Origin: Octopus vulgaris
Taxonomy: Eukaryota
Reading direction: 5' to 3'
DNA: 64,000 nucleotides
NCBI GenBank assembly: GCA_951406725.2
Contig: OX597817.1
Span: 24,304,001 to 24,368,000, forward strand
A program made the position numbers and the translations under genes. Of the stretch, positions 52,169 through 64,000 are shown piece by piece (position 1 is the stretch's first letter; every line of letters begins with the position of its first letter). The notes under the pieces were generated by a model, which did no database searches, was not told the origin of the DNA, and saw only the letters and a program-made list of their open reading frames with translations.

Positions 52169-52789
52169 ACACATACATGTGGGAGAGGGAGCTATATGTT
52201 ATACAAACAATATAATCAGTTATGCAAAGAAAAAAAAAAGCCATCAAAATATGGTTTATATAATAAATGAAGTCAGTTTTGAAAAAATAAAAAATTATAA
52301 AAACAACCAAGTGCAATATTTTCCCACACATATTTACATTGCAACATATGATTTCTTTCATATATTGATAGCAGAAAGAGTTAGTAACACGAAATACATT
52401 AAAAATACTGACGAAATAGGTACATAAAAAATCTATTTTGTTTTTATTCCTTAAGTGTTTAGTTAATATTGGGTCAAATAGTTCTTCTGATTATGTAATG
52501 AAATGAAAGAGAGAGAGAGTGTACATCAAACGTAGTCCTAATTATAAATATTATAGAAATCTTCTTCAAAGAAACTATTTTATTGGAAGAGTGAAGCGGG
52601 AGAGAGGTTACTCATTTACTTGTTTTAGCTTACTTTCTATGTTGTGAGAACTTGAAAACTGGTTAAATGTCTGTAATTATTTACCAAATAATAAATAAGG
52701 TGTGCTAATTTGAAAATAACTAACGTAATAAATATATATATATATATATATATATAAATATATATATATATATCTTTATGAGAGCATAT

Positions 52790-53090
52790 TCAGAATGAGA
52801 TAATTTGAGAATGGAATGGAGCGATGTATGCGATTGCAGAATACCAAGAGGGCAAGTTCTGTTAGGTCAGACATGTCACTGAATTCACAGACAACAGGTG
52901 GACACATGCTGCCGCAAAGCGATATCCAAGAGATCAGAAAAGGCCATTGTACAGGTCTCCACAATGATGGGAAAGTGATTTAATTACACAATTTATGCCG
53001 AGATGGAAAAGAATGGCACAATCAGAACAGAATTGAAAATGCATAATGACCAGTGGTTTATAACAGTATCTGATGGTCTGGTCAGTACTG
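52790..53090 (+). mobile_element. Decayed RTE-like 3' fragment
   Basis: RHV.EFTDNRWT....YPRDQKRP...P..W. Confidence 0.65.
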
Positions 53091-53300
53091 TGATATATAT
53101 ATATATATAATAATAAACATTAGGGAATAAATCCAAATTTACAGGGAAAAATCAGATTTAGGATTGAATCCAATTTTATAGTAAAATATTATATTATATT
53201 AAATTAGAGACAAAACCACTATTATGCAAATCAAACAAAGAAAGACTTAAGCCAATACATAAAATAATTTATATAAATTAAAATTTAACAATTATAAATA

Positions 53301-53352
53301 ATCACTACGATCGTTTCGTGTCAGCACATCTTTGAGACATTCTTCAGGTGGT
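53301..53352 (-). ncRNA. Type I hammerhead ribozyme motif, best-conserved core in the window
   Basis: Reverse complement ACCAC-CTGAAGA-ATGTC(13 nt)GACAC-GAAAC-GATC-GTA-GTGAT. Palindromic stem III ACGATCGT, GUA triplet. AT-rich tail continues to ~53105. Confidence 0.78.
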
Positions 53353-54188
53353 CTCAAAACCTTCTTGGCGATTTTTAAACTATGAGATCCATGACCAGGA
53401 GGAACTGATGTTGTCAGATGGTGTCCAACATTCATCGTGTGTAACACCCTACCGTTGATGAGTTAGTTGTATGTACAACTGTTACAGATGAGTTCAGAGT
53501 TCCACATACAATATTATCGCCCAGTCTTCTTCCAGTATAGTGGCTTGGTTATAACTGTATTTATCAATATTACTGGTTATGGTACACTGAGCAAATGTAA
53601 GAAAAATTATGATAAACACAAGTTTGTATCATTTGTTATAAATGCAAGTTTATATTAACACTTCCCTGGTGATTTGTTGCATTTTAGGAACCAGTTGCAC
53701 TCAGAACCTTCAATGCAGAGATCGCAACAAACCACAGCAGTACATAGGGAACAAATGATATGAACTTATGCTTAGCTAAATTTCTTCTCCTACACACACA
53801 CACATGCATACATGAAACACACAAACAGCTATATCCCCTATCTTCAAATCAACTTAAGTGACATTTCTATTTGAAATTGATCCCATGAATTTTATCGACT
53901 ATATAGGCTAAAAATTGTATTGAAGAATATATGGTAAATATTGAGAGACAGTGAACAGTGTAAACCAGTGACAAAAAAATATAATTTACTTATGTTTCTA
54001 TTTTTTGTTCCTAGGAAAACTCACTTTTGATAACATCTACAAATTTTTATTTTTTATGGCCCTAAACATCTTTTATTTGAAAGCATTTTTTATGTGAAAA
54101 CATAAGTTTGTAACTTTGCATTTTTCCCCATGCCAATATATATATATACCTGCACACACACACACATATATATGTATATATATATGCA

Positions 54189-54234
<46 letters not shown>

Positions 54235-54288
54235 TGCGTACATAGATATATGTGTGTGTATGCATGTGTACATATATATGTATATATA

Positions 54289-54323
<35 letters not shown>

Positions 54324-54359
54324 TGAGAGAGAGAGAGATTATATATATATATATACATA

Positions 54360-55113
54360 TTGCAATGGGTAAATTGTCATAATTTTATATTTCTAATTCC
54401 ATGCATGCTCGTTTGCTTTGATTTTGTCGACTACACAGTATAGTAGGTTCAGTGGGGCACCATCTGTTAGAAAAACAACACTATCACACAGTTCACTCCA
54501 CCAGAAATTTGGAAAAAACATGCTGTACTGCTTGGCATTTATGCTGGGAGCTCCAATATGAACGTCTTGGAGTGTTTGGGTGTCAATCTGAGGACAGTGC
54601 ATGTACCAAGAGTGATAAAAACCAAATATCCAGTCAACATCATGGTGTTTGCAGTGATCACTAGTGATGGCAACGCTATACCTTCATTCGTCTTCCCACA
54701 CATCCTCACACTCAGCAAGTACCTGGAGGAGGTAGTACTGCGCTGGGTGAAGAAGGTGGCTGCTGGAAGACTATGTCTAACAAGAGAACTCTGCAACATG
54801 CCACACAAGCAAAGAAACCCAGTCATGGCTGTCAGACAGTTTCTGAAACCACATTGCCCCCTACCATCTGGCCACGTAACTCATGTGTGGGATACAGTTG
54901 AGCGAGAGTCCAACAAAACTCCCTGTAACACACGCCAAAGGTGAATTGAAGGCAAGGATTATGGCAGCATTCACCAACCTCAACAAGAAGACCGCCCAGA
55001 AGAGTTGCAGGAGGTTTCGAAGTCGTCTGGAGGCCGAGGTTGAAGCCAATTGTGCGTTGATTAATAAATTTACTCTTTAGTATTTCAAGATATTTTTATG
55101 TAATTTTGGTAAA
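54360..55113 (+). pseudogene. Internally deleted Tc1/mariner (maT-like) element
   Basis: KTKYPVNIMVFAVITSDG...P.FVFP...LEEVVL.WVK, then VW..VERE.NK..ELKARI...KSCRRFRSRLEA.VEAN. Confidence 0.82.
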
Positions 55114-55116
55114 ACG

Positions 55117-55571
55117 GAGTAAAGATTTTTGCCAACATAACATTGCAGTCCTAGTTTAGGACGAATCATACTGTAATTTAGCCCCTGAAGACATCGTCTC
55201 CAGTTGGCTAGATGACTCGATCTGTGTCCTTATATTTTTAAACAAGGGAATCTAGCACCCCCACTCAGATCAAAACAATATCTGTGTATCGCAATTTCTA
55301 GGTTATTTCGCTTCATCAGCACAGAATAATTGTTCTGCCAAATTCCTGTTCGAAATATATATTTTTCGAAGTGACTAGTCACTGATCTATAAATTAGAAA
55401 ATTACTATTTTAAAATCTCACGAGTGGGGTGCTAGATTCCCTTGGGCAAAAATATAAGGACACAGATGGTGTCGTCTAGACAGCTAGAGACGATGTCTTC
55501 TGGGGGCTAAATTACAGCAACGTTCGTCGTAAACCAGGACTGCCATGTTATGTTGGCAAAAGTCTTTACAC
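55117..55571. mobile_element. MITE with ~150-bp TIRs
   Basis: GTAAAGA.TTTTGCCAACATAACAT.GCAGTCCT...CAAGGGAATCTAGCACCCCACTC is mirrored at 55422-55571. Confidence 0.88.
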
Positions 55572-55622
55572 CAAAGTATTGTTGCTAAATATCTCTTGTT
55601 GGGATATTTAAACAGTGTGTGC

Positions 55623-55653
<31 letters not shown>

Positions 55654-55915
55654 AAAAGTAACTCTTATGTATCCCCAAATATTCGAATTGAAAGTCTAGA
55701 GAAGTAACTTACTAGATTGGTTTGCGATAATACATAGATTGAATAAATTAAACAATAAATGTGGCTTGTTCCCATGATGCATTTATTTCCGGTTCCCCTG
55801 ACAGCACTATATAAAGGAAGAGATACACCAGTAGAACTTTTTATCATTCATTTGTAGTACCTCCTATACATACGTATTATCAAACGTGGTTTTTACTTTA
55901 TTTGCAAATGTAGCT

Positions 55916-56317
55916 ATGTCTAATTTTCGCCGAGGAAAGAAAAGGTAAGTTAACATTCGCTTTATTTTCGTATCTATTTTTATTTCATATTTATATTTCA
56001 TTTTTATTTCATCTTTATTATTTCATTTTTTATTTCGTATTTGTTTATTCGTAATTCTTTATTCTTGACTTTTCTTCGTAATTTTTACTCTTACTTTTTC
56101 CCTTAAACGTTTATTCCTTGAATTTTTATTCCTTAAATTTTTAATATTCAGTTATTATTTTTATGTATTATTTGTATTTCTATTCATTTGTATATGTTAA
56201 GTAAGATTATATTGAAGATATAGAGTATCATGGAGGTATATAAGTTGTAGGGGTAGTGAAAAATGTTGCGAATCCACACCTGAAGATTGGGAGTATGTCA
56301 ACCAGATTAAGTATTGA
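55916..56317 (+). CDS. Hypothetical two-exon 42-aa micro-ORF, copy 1 (55916-55944 + 56218-56317)
   Basis: TATATAAA at 55808, ATG, donor AAG|GTAAGT, T-rich intron, weak AAG acceptor. Peptide MSNFRRGKKRYRVSWRYISCRGSEKCCESTPEDWEYVNQIKY. Confidence 0.25.
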
Positions 56318-57371
56318 AACTAGATACCTCGTATCTAATCTATACCAACGTACTTTCATGAAATACGTGTAGTCTTATAAACGGAAAATACGGGAGTCAG
56401 AATGGATATAGTTAGTACAAAATTTAATATTTAACGTTTTATGGAGTAGTCAGGTTTAAAATCTTTCAGTGTTGATTGAGCTGAAGGTGGTTCTGTCTCT
56501 AAAACTACTTTTATATATGTAAATATATGTATACCTATAAACACACATATACCAAAACATTTTGAACCAAAATTTATGAAGCTTTTAAGAATTACAAATT
56601 GCGAACGTCTGCAAAGTTGTGATTTCTTCTTCATATGAGTGAGTTGTTAAAATCTTGTTCTGTGTCAGTTTTGAACACATTGTATTTTTAGTATAGACAT
56701 TTAAATTAAAAGACACTTCTATTATGCAATTCACCAATATACACAAAGAAAAACATAAAATTATGAAACCAATGCACCTTATTTTGCAAGAAAATTATGT
56801 GGGCTTTAATGACACTAAACAAAGTAAATAAACTAAACCTTATTTATAAAGTATGAAAACTCAGTCATGTTTTTTTTAGATAATATTATAATTATATAAT
56901 ACCCGTTATTACTAGAAAGTAGCACTTAGACATACAAAAATATATGATATTAATTGGTTAATTTACGATACTTCAATTTTTTAATTAAATTGTTAGCCGT
57001 ACGCTACACAATTGTAATTGAAATTTTGAAACTTAAACTTTGAAATTTAGTTTAAATGTAATGTCAAATATTTAATGGTAATAATATAATTAATAGATAT
57101 TAAATAATATAAAACGTATCTTATGTATCCCCAAATATTCGAATTGAAAGTCTAAAGAAGTAACTTACTAGATTGGTTTGCGATAATACATACATTGAAT
57201 AAATTAAACAATAAATGTGGCTTGTTCCCATGATGCATTTATTTCCGGTTCCCCTGACACCACTATATAAAGGAAGAGATATACCAGTAGAAGTTTCTAA
57301 CATTTATTTGTAGTACCTCCTATACATACGTATTATCAAACGTGGATTTTACTTTATTTGCAATTGTAGCT

Positions 57372-57751
57372 ATGTCTAATTTTCGCCGCGGAAAGAAAAG
57401 GTAAGTTAACATTAGCTTTATTTTCGTCTCTATTTTTATTTCATTTTTATTATTTCATTTTTTATTTCGTATTTGTTTATTCGCAATTCTTTATTCGTAA
57501 TTTTTACTCGTATTTTTTCTCTTTAAATTTTTCCCCTTAAACGTTTATTCCTTGAATTTTTATTCCTTAAATTTTTAATATTCAGTTATTATTTTTATGC
57601 ATTATTTGTATTTCTATTCATTTGTATATGTCAAGTAAGATTATATTGAAGATATAGAGTATCATGGAGATATATAAGTGGTAGGGGTAGTGAAAATGTT
57701 GCGGAATCCACACCTGAAGATTGGGAGTATGTCAACCAGATTAAGTATTGA
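57372..57751 (+). CDS. Hypothetical two-exon 42-aa micro-ORF, copy 2 (57372-57400 + 57652-57751)
   Basis: Same structure as copy 1. Peptide MSNFRRGKKRYRVSWRYISGRGSENVAESTPEDWEYVNQIKY. Confidence 0.25.
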
Positions 57752-59565
57752 AACTAGATACTTCGTATCTAATCAATACCGACGTACTTTCATGAAACAC
57801 GTGTAGTCTTATAAACGGAAAAGACGGTATTCAGAATGGATATAGTTAGTACAAGATTTAATATTTAACGTTTTATGGAGTGGTCGGATATAAAATCTTT
57901 CTGTGTTGATTGAGTTGAAGGTGGTTCTGTCTCTAAAACTACTTTTATATATGTAAATATATGTATACCTATAAATACACATATACCAAAACATTTTGAA
58001 CCAAAATTTATGAAGCTTTTAAGAATTGCAGATTGCGAACATCTGCAAAGTTGTGATTTCTTCTTCATATGAGTGAGTTTTTCAAATTTTGTTCTGTGTC
58101 AGTTTTGAACACTTTGTATTTTTAGTATAGACATTTAGATTAAGACACATCTATTATGCAATTCACCAATATACACAAAGAAAAACATAAAATTATGAAA
58201 CCACTGCACCTTATTTTGCAAGAAAATTATGTGGGCTTCAATGACACTAAACATAGATGCATCCATGTAAATTTTCTATACTAATATTCATTCATTCAGC
58301 TTTATATTATTTTAAAGCTTCTTTTTCTTGTATTTATTTATTTTGCATGGTACTTTAGACTCATTTCTAATGTAATTCTTCAGAAATGTGAATTGGAAAA
58401 TAATTCAGCCTATAGAACATATTTTCGAAAATATTCAATACCAAGTAAGTTTTGAGATAATGGTAGAGATTTTTGCGAAAATCAGTGTATTACACTTGTT
58501 TTACAATAATGGGTAAAATTTAAGAATTAAAGAATAGATAACTAGTTAATACATCTGTGCCTTTAATACAGTTTGTATCTCAATATTTAACTACTACTAC
58601 TACTTGTTACCTTTTCGTTTTTTATTCATTCAGCAAGCTGATTTTCTTTCTTGTATTTTATCACTCTCAAATTACATCACGAAAATGGATATTTATATTG
58701 GGTACATTTTTGTCATGGCAGATGTGGGTGTTGTACAATTTACACTACAATGTTAGCTTGTTAAATGGCATGCTGACATAGACTTTTAGACATGCTTTCA
58801 TTGTTAGGAAGCAAAGAAAAAAAAACCTTAGTTCATAGGCAAATATGTTAGGCCTACAAACATTTCATTTAAGTTCATATTTTTTAAAACTTTATTTTGT
58901 TCATTCTGTCATGAATTGAAAGGCTCGTATAATTGAAATACATGTATGGATTGTCAAAGATCTCTTTACATCAAACAAGCACAGTGTAATTTTAAAAAAG
59001 GAAAAAATTGTCACATTCATGAGGATTAACAAAGAACATGTTTTACAAAAATATTCTTAGCAAATGCTTTTTTTAATAAATTTTTCACTTTGTACAACCT
59101 TCTGCTAAACCAAGTACATTATAAGTTATGATAACACATCATGAACATAAATATAATGTTTAAAATGCTTTTTTTTTTAAAGAAGCTATAGATAAAGATA
59201 AGAAATCCCAGTGTTATGAATAAGATGCTGAGATCTCAAGTTCAAAGCATTTATCATCATCATTAAGCATGGACATTACTGTTTTGAATGCTAGGACACA
59301 CAGGGCCTGTTACCCAGCTGAGATCACTACATTCACCTTGGACAGGATAACAATCCATTGCAGGGTTATTCAAATACAGCTGGGTGAACTGGAAGAATGC
59401 TCAAGAAGTCAATGATCTAGGATCCAAACTTACAATCTTGAGTGCAACACTCTGACAACTAGTTTACGTGTCTTCACTTCTAATCCTTCCACTAACATTA
59501 AATTACAGCAGCAAATATTTGTGTATTTTCATGGGATATGTATTAGATTGATGGAACACATTCAC

Positions 59566-59791
59566 TATTTTATTCTTTTACTTGTTTTAGTCATTTGACT
59601 GTAGCCATGGTGGAGCACCTCCTTTAATCGAACTAATTGACCACAGGACTTATTCTTTGTAAGCCTAGTACTTAATCTATCAGTCTCTTTCATGTCGGGT
59701 ACGTAAACATGCCAGCATCGGTTGTCAAACAATGGTGGGGGGACAAACACAGACACACAAATACATATGTATGTATGTGTATATATATATG

Positions 59792-59829
<38 letters not shown>

Positions 59830-60513
59830 TAATGTCAGGTCACTTTCGAGTGCTACTGGTAACATGTAACCTAGTACAACCTGTTGCATGGTCGGATCGT
59901 TGGCGACTAAACCGGCAACCCCCACCAAGCTTGCTTGGTGAGGAGGGTGTGTTGGACACCCTGCGGGATGAAAAACAAAACCCGTCAAAGGGTGAAGGAA
60001 CTCTTGAGAGTCGATGGCCATCCAATGTCTTAAGGATGTATCATGCGCGGGGACATAGAAATAATCGGACTGAATACCTGATCGCGCAGTTAAACCATTG
60101 GGAATGAAGGACTCCTAGCCTTTGTTAGGGCATCCTTCTAGGAGAAGGTAACTGGGATAACTCCGACATAAAACCTGCGGCTCAGTGGTTACCGATGATG
60201 TTGACTTGTTCTTCTTTACGGATTATGGCTGATGTTGCTTTGTGAGTGGGATTGACTCAGTGCACAGCCTTTCCTCGCGTAAAAAAAAATCTTCTTGCAC
60301 AGGCATTGCACGAAACAACGTTGATTAAGCTTCGTGCAGTGGCCATACTCGACAACGAGGGGGCAGCCACCATATATATATATATATACATACACGATGG
60401 GCTTTTTTCTGCTTTCGTCTACCAAATCCACTCACAAGGCTTTAGTCAGCCCAGGACTGAACCTGGAAACATGTGGTTAGAAAGCAAGCTTCTTACTACA
60501 CACCTACGCCTGC
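59566..60513 (-). mobile_element. SINE family B split by an insertion in its internal microsatellite
   Basis: Tail half at 59566-59830 and head half at 60374-60513. Confidence 0.85.
59831..60373 (+). mobile_element. GC-richer non-autonomous element, probably RTE-derived (5' + 3' ends); 3' fragment again at 61244-61356
   Basis: Shared 3' end TCAGTGCACAGCCTTT...GGCCATACTCGACAACGAGGGGGCAGCCACC(AT)n. An internal TAGGAGAAGG resembles RTE 5'UTRs. Flanked by (TA)n. Confidence 0.65.
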
Positions 60514-60734
60514 ACATATATCTTTGCTAATATTATACTATGCAAAAATATATTTACTGGACTGAGATGCAGCTTTGAATCAGAAACAGTTGAATTCCTG
60601 AAACATAAAAATATAAGAACCACTAGTGTCTATCAAGCAAACTATATTATGCAGACAGGCACTAAAATATCAAAAGTCACTTTACTTAACTATTTTATCT
60701 CAGTTGACCATTTTTTACTTTCTGCTTATAGGCA

Positions 60735-61080
60735 TGTGAAGGTGCAAATGGCTCAGTGGTTAGTGTCAGGCTTACAACTGTAAGGCTGTGAATTCAGTTC
60801 CTGTACTGGGTTGTGTGTTATGTTCTTTAGCCAGACACTTTCTTTCATGTTGCTCCAGTTCACTCAGTCATAGAACTGGGTTGCAATGTCACTGATGCCA
60901 AGCTGTATCAGCATTTGCCTTTCTCTTGGACAACATTGGATGTGTGGAGAGGGGAGACTGGTATGCATGGGGGACTGCTGGTCTTCTACAAACAACTTTG
61001 CTTGAACTTGTGCCCTGGAGGAGAAGTTTCTATGTGCAATGCAATGGTCATTCATGACCGAAGGATGTCTTTATCCTCTA
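60735..61080 (+). mobile_element. Old tRNA-derived SINE (family C-related; similar relics at 39590-39750 and 59300-59480)
   Basis: TGGCTCAGTGGTTAG...GTGTGTTATGTTCTTTAGCCAGACACTT...GTTGCTCCAGTTCACTCAG. Confidence 0.65.
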
Positions 61081-61354
61081 GGCATTGCAGCATTGTGATC
61101 ATACTAATTTCTAAAGCACTAATCAATTGAGTTTCTTAAATGAACATCAGAACATGGTTGGTTTATCTGCAGCAGCTTCTATTTCAGATTTGTAACTAAT
61201 ATGTAAATAACCTTTCAGCTTACAATGGGAGGTTGTACCAGTATCAGTGCACAGCCTTTTCTCACATAAAAAAAATCTTCTTGCACAGGCATTGCACGAA
61301 ACATTGATTAAGCTTTGTGCAGTGGCCATACTCGACAACGAGGGGGCAGCCACC

Positions 61355-61386
<32 letters not shown>

Positions 61387-61547
61387 TATGTTTTCCAGTT
61401 TCAGCTCTTGAGCTGTGGCCATGCTGGGGCACCGCCATTTGGTGTTGCTACATGATTTTACCTCACGAATGCTTTTTAGCAACTGCCATTTGGTGCATGA
61501 GAGTTTGATGCAGCTGCCCTCATCTGCACCTCCTGCCGTGAAGTTGG

Positions 61548-61604
<57 letters not shown>

Positions 61605-62742
61605 GATGGGTTTTTTTCTGCTTTAGTCAGCCCAGGACTGATAGCTATTAAACAATTAAATAGAACAGGATATCAATAGCTAGGTAATTTTGACCCTATG
61701 GGTGCAGTGTCACATTGGTGGTATCAGAAAACACAGCCTATTACCAAGTTATTTACTTGATTGGGGAAATTGTGATTCTTGTGATGTTAGGATTCCATAA
61801 AGCTCTTTTGTGTAATCACAACATATGACTTAATAAAGGATGCAATAAAAATTGCTTCCGCTAAAGTAGTAAGAAGCAGATACTATTTACATTTCACAGT
61901 TCAGAACATTAATATCTTGCAATTCCTGAAATACCCTAAAGATGCTCTCCTTTGAAAAAAAAAAAAAAAAAAAAGATATTAATATGATGTACCAAAAATG
62001 AAATGTAAATCACTGAACTTAATTTAAGCCATGAAATATTGAAATGTAAAATGATTCCATCATTTCATAAATAGATTCAATCTTCGAAAATGTTCCTTAA
62101 AATTCTGAAGGGAAATATAATTTTGTACTGGATATTCTATTGAAAAAAAAAAAATAAAATAATAATAATTGATGATATCTGCAATGTCACTTTATAACTT
62201 AATAGCCATCATCCATCAAAGATTCAAACTTGATATGTCACTACTTGCACTAATTCACATACCAATTTACACTCAGCCTCATATCAACATATCAGGTTTT
62301 GTCTTTATTCTCTTAGTCTCCATGACATTTTATTAACAATAAAGTAAAAATTATTTTATAAATTACATTAATATTTTGTTGATAGCAAATTACATCTAAA
62401 CATTTCATTTATAGTAAATCATAATTTTAGGGAAAAATTTTAAGTATTCAAATGAGAAATTTTAAGACTAAATACAGTGCAGTATTTATTTTTTCCACCC
62501 TGCATAATGTTGTTTTAGGAAAGAATTATAGCTTGTCTTATATTTCATATATTTTTCCAAGAAAAATATATTATTTACATGTAGCTGTTAGGACATTGAA
62601 TATCTATATCCCAAAACGACTGAGAATCGATGAAAATTGTTTTCTCATAATAGTATAAAGTGTCTGAATGAGCATTACAGAACAGTTGAATTTTCTACTT
62701 GCAAGTTTGATGTAAGTTGAATATTCATTTTAGTATTTACAC

Positions 62743-62962
62743 TACAAGGGGCTGTTGAAAAGTTCCTGAATTTGGGTAAAAGAAAATACAGGAGGATCAG
62801 ATAGTTATGATTTTATTGAGCATATTCCCCTCCCAGATTTGCACACTTATTGTAGCAGCCCTTCGGTTTTTCTAAGCCCTATTAGAGAAATTAGAAGGCC
62901 GAGCCTCCAACCAGGCCTTTTATGATAACCTTTAAACCAAAGCCTTTTCAGCACCCCTTCAT
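62743..62962. mobile_element. Mariner-type MITE
   Basis: TA-flanked TIRs TACAAGGGGCTGTTGAAAAG / CTTTTCAGCACCCCTTCATA. Confidence 0.75.
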
Positions 62963-63644
62963 ATGTTCTCTACAATATCATAGTTTTAATGTCACTTTAA
63001 ATTGACTGTCTGTTGATACACAATGATGGCTGTCCCTCTCTCACACAAGTCATAATGTCAAAAGTGGATTATTTTCCTAAAATCAATAGAAAGTAGATAC
63101 CATTTAAGCTTCACATTTCCGAGTTACTCTCCTTCTACTGACAATGTCAAAGCTTAATATCCTCATCTTCCGTTTAATCACATCTTTGTATCTTGGTCAG
63201 TCTCTATTCAGACTTATTGTATCTTGATTATTTTTTCTTGTTGTTGTACAAGCCAACTTTGAGTAGAAGATTTGGCTTTGCAACTAAGTTTTATCTATTC
63301 ATTGAGAAGATAATGAAGATCACATACTGTGCCATGTCCTGTTCCACACATTTTTCTGGATCTGATGGAGATAGAGCACCATATCTATGGTGCTTCCTTC
63401 TCTTTTGAAGTAACATTGTGTTTCAAATAGAACTACTTTGATTTTTCACACAATCTACTGAATAACACTCTTGCAAGGCTCTTCCCAGGTACAGCATACA
63501 GAAAAATCTCCACATATTTTCACATTCATTTCTACCACTCTTTGAATATCGAGATGATGTTGCCATCCTTTCACTTCTGCAGGACATCATCATTTTTCCC
63601 ATGATTCCAGCATCAATCAATGGAAACAGTTAATGAATTTGCCA

Positions 63645-63860
63645 CACTTGTTTGTCACCCAGCACTATTTGACAACCAGTGTTGGTGTGCTTATATCCCT
63701 GTAACTAAACAGTTCAGCAAAAGATATTGATAGAATACTTAAAATACAATACTAAAAAAAATAATGTACTGGAGTCCATTCACTTGACCAAAGATTTCTT
63801 CAAGATGGTGCCCCATCATGGCCACAGTTTAATGACTGAAACATGTAATAATAAAAGATT
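63645..63860 (+). mobile_element. 3' half of an old family B SINE
   Basis: TTTGACAACC.GTGTTGGTGTG...CATGGCCACAGT.TAATGACTGAAACA. Confidence 0.7.
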
Positions 63861-64000
63861 ATCAATTCCACACAATTATTATATCTGCAATGGGGTATGA
63901 CTATTTTAACTTGTAAAGTAGTCAAAGAGACAAGGAATGCCATTGCACATTATATGGCCTGCAAGCTTTGTAACATCCCAGAATTAGTCAAAGACAGATC

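Larger units (their letters stand above)
55664..58253 (+). repeat. Tandem repeat, ~1456-bp period, ~1.8 copies (55664-56821 matches 57120-58253)
   Basis: Both copies start CTTATGTATCCCCAAATATTCGAATTGAAAG and share sequence up to GTGGGCTT.AATGACACTAAAC. High identity, with indels mostly in the T-rich part. Confidence 0.95.

Noticed and set aside
56277-56345. Hammerhead (CTGAAGA...GAAAC + hairpin TAGATAC/GTATCTA) in the tandem unit
   Set aside because: No convincing stem I or stem II in either copy.
55664-58253. Mitochondrial insertion or assembly artefact
   Set aside because: No mitochondrial gene motifs are visible, and the copies differ by many substitutions and indels, although a haplotype mis-join cannot be fully excluded without reads.
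63000-63620. Possible mariner transposase relic on the - strand
   Set aside because: Only a weak KSGR-like hint; not enough motifs to call.

Overview
This is AT-rich, repeat-dominated eukaryotic DNA, most likely intronic or intergenic sequence from a coleoid cephalopod (Octopus-like). That assignment is inferred from the SINE and RTE repertoire and the very dense (TA)n/(CA)n/(GAT)n microsatellites. No intact host gene or intact transposase is visible, and almost all ORFs in the track are microsatellite or TE artefacts. Recognisable content: RTE-clade LINE pieces (one with a hairpin-unit minisatellite 3'UTR), decayed RTE/BovB-like, R4-like and Penelope-like (PLE) ORFs, Chapaev3-, Tc1- and maT-like transposase relics, hAT and mariner MITEs, and four tRNA-derived SINE families, many with clear TSDs. 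The most notable signals are: (i) about ten minimal type I hammerhead-ribozyme (HHR) or HHR-like motifs, including a tRNA-headed SINE whose 3' part is a PLE-type hammerhead plus tail and which shows PLE-style inverted ends; (ii) many long fold-back elements, one family with TSDs; (iii) a ~1.45-kb tandem unit that looks like a TATA-driven, two-exon, 42-codon mini-gene; (iv) a few candidate host exons or microexons and a pre-miRNA-like hairpin. All calls were made by eye, without database searches or folding software.
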